Positions 63,931 through 64,000 of a DNA stretch of 64,000 bases are shown here, in pieces. Each line of letters opens with the position of its first letter. Within the stretch, counting starts at the first letter, position 1. The translations under genes were made by a program, and so were the position numbers. This DNA comes from Callorhinchus milii (taxonomy: Eukaryota), in the NCBI RefSeq assembly GCF_018977255.1, contig NW_024704742.1, forward strand, positions 77,378,001-77,442,000, given 5' to 3'. Under the pieces are notes generated by a model. The model saw nothing but the letters and a program-made list of their open reading frames with translations, was not told where the DNA came from and did not search any database.

Positions 63931-64000
63931 CTCCTAAGCACTGTATCTGAACTCCATCCTTGAAGTCCATGTGAATAATGTTCACAATCATTAATAGACA

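Noticed and set aside
60538..64000. Terminal NFIB exon (SWYLG-stop) or the alternative LRICDW-type exon
   Set aside because: No SWYLG coding sequence found. CTGAGGATTTTGTGG near 62019 only superficially resembles the alternative exon, and the nearest AG gives TAC TGA.
1..64000. CRISPR arrays, operons or other prokaryotic systems
   Set aside because: This is spliced vertebrate DNA; the recurring motifs are dispersed SINE copies, not regularly spaced repeats.

Overview
Eukaryotic (vertebrate) genomic DNA, almost certainly a cartilaginous fish: the tRNA/Deu-type SINEs resemble those I recall from the elephant shark Callorhinchus milii, but the species is an inference. The window lies entirely inside one + strand gene, nuclear factor I B (NFIB). 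Positions 1-31193 are the 3' part of the large intron 2, followed by eight coding exons (homologous to human exons 3-10, 902 nt in total) that splice in frame through GT-AG junctions and encode the proline/serine-rich transactivation region. The DNA-binding exon 2 and the terminal 'SWYLG' exon are not in the window. The introns hold many SINE copies, CR1 and L2 LINE fragments, a MITE and a Penelope-type fragment with a degenerate hammerhead ribozyme. Most of the supplied short ORFs are spurious. The most notable observations are: an unclassified element at 4.4-4.9 kb with 105-bp inverted arms and a structured core repeated at 23.6 kb; the hammerhead motif; an in-frame alternative donor on exon 9; a NAGNAG acceptor on exon 7; a candidate internal promoter before exon 3; inverted SINE pairs bracketing frame-symmetric exon blocks; and NFIA-like residues retained in this NFIB. 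I see no evidence for a novel multi-gene system. All family names and human comparisons are from memory, with no database searches run.
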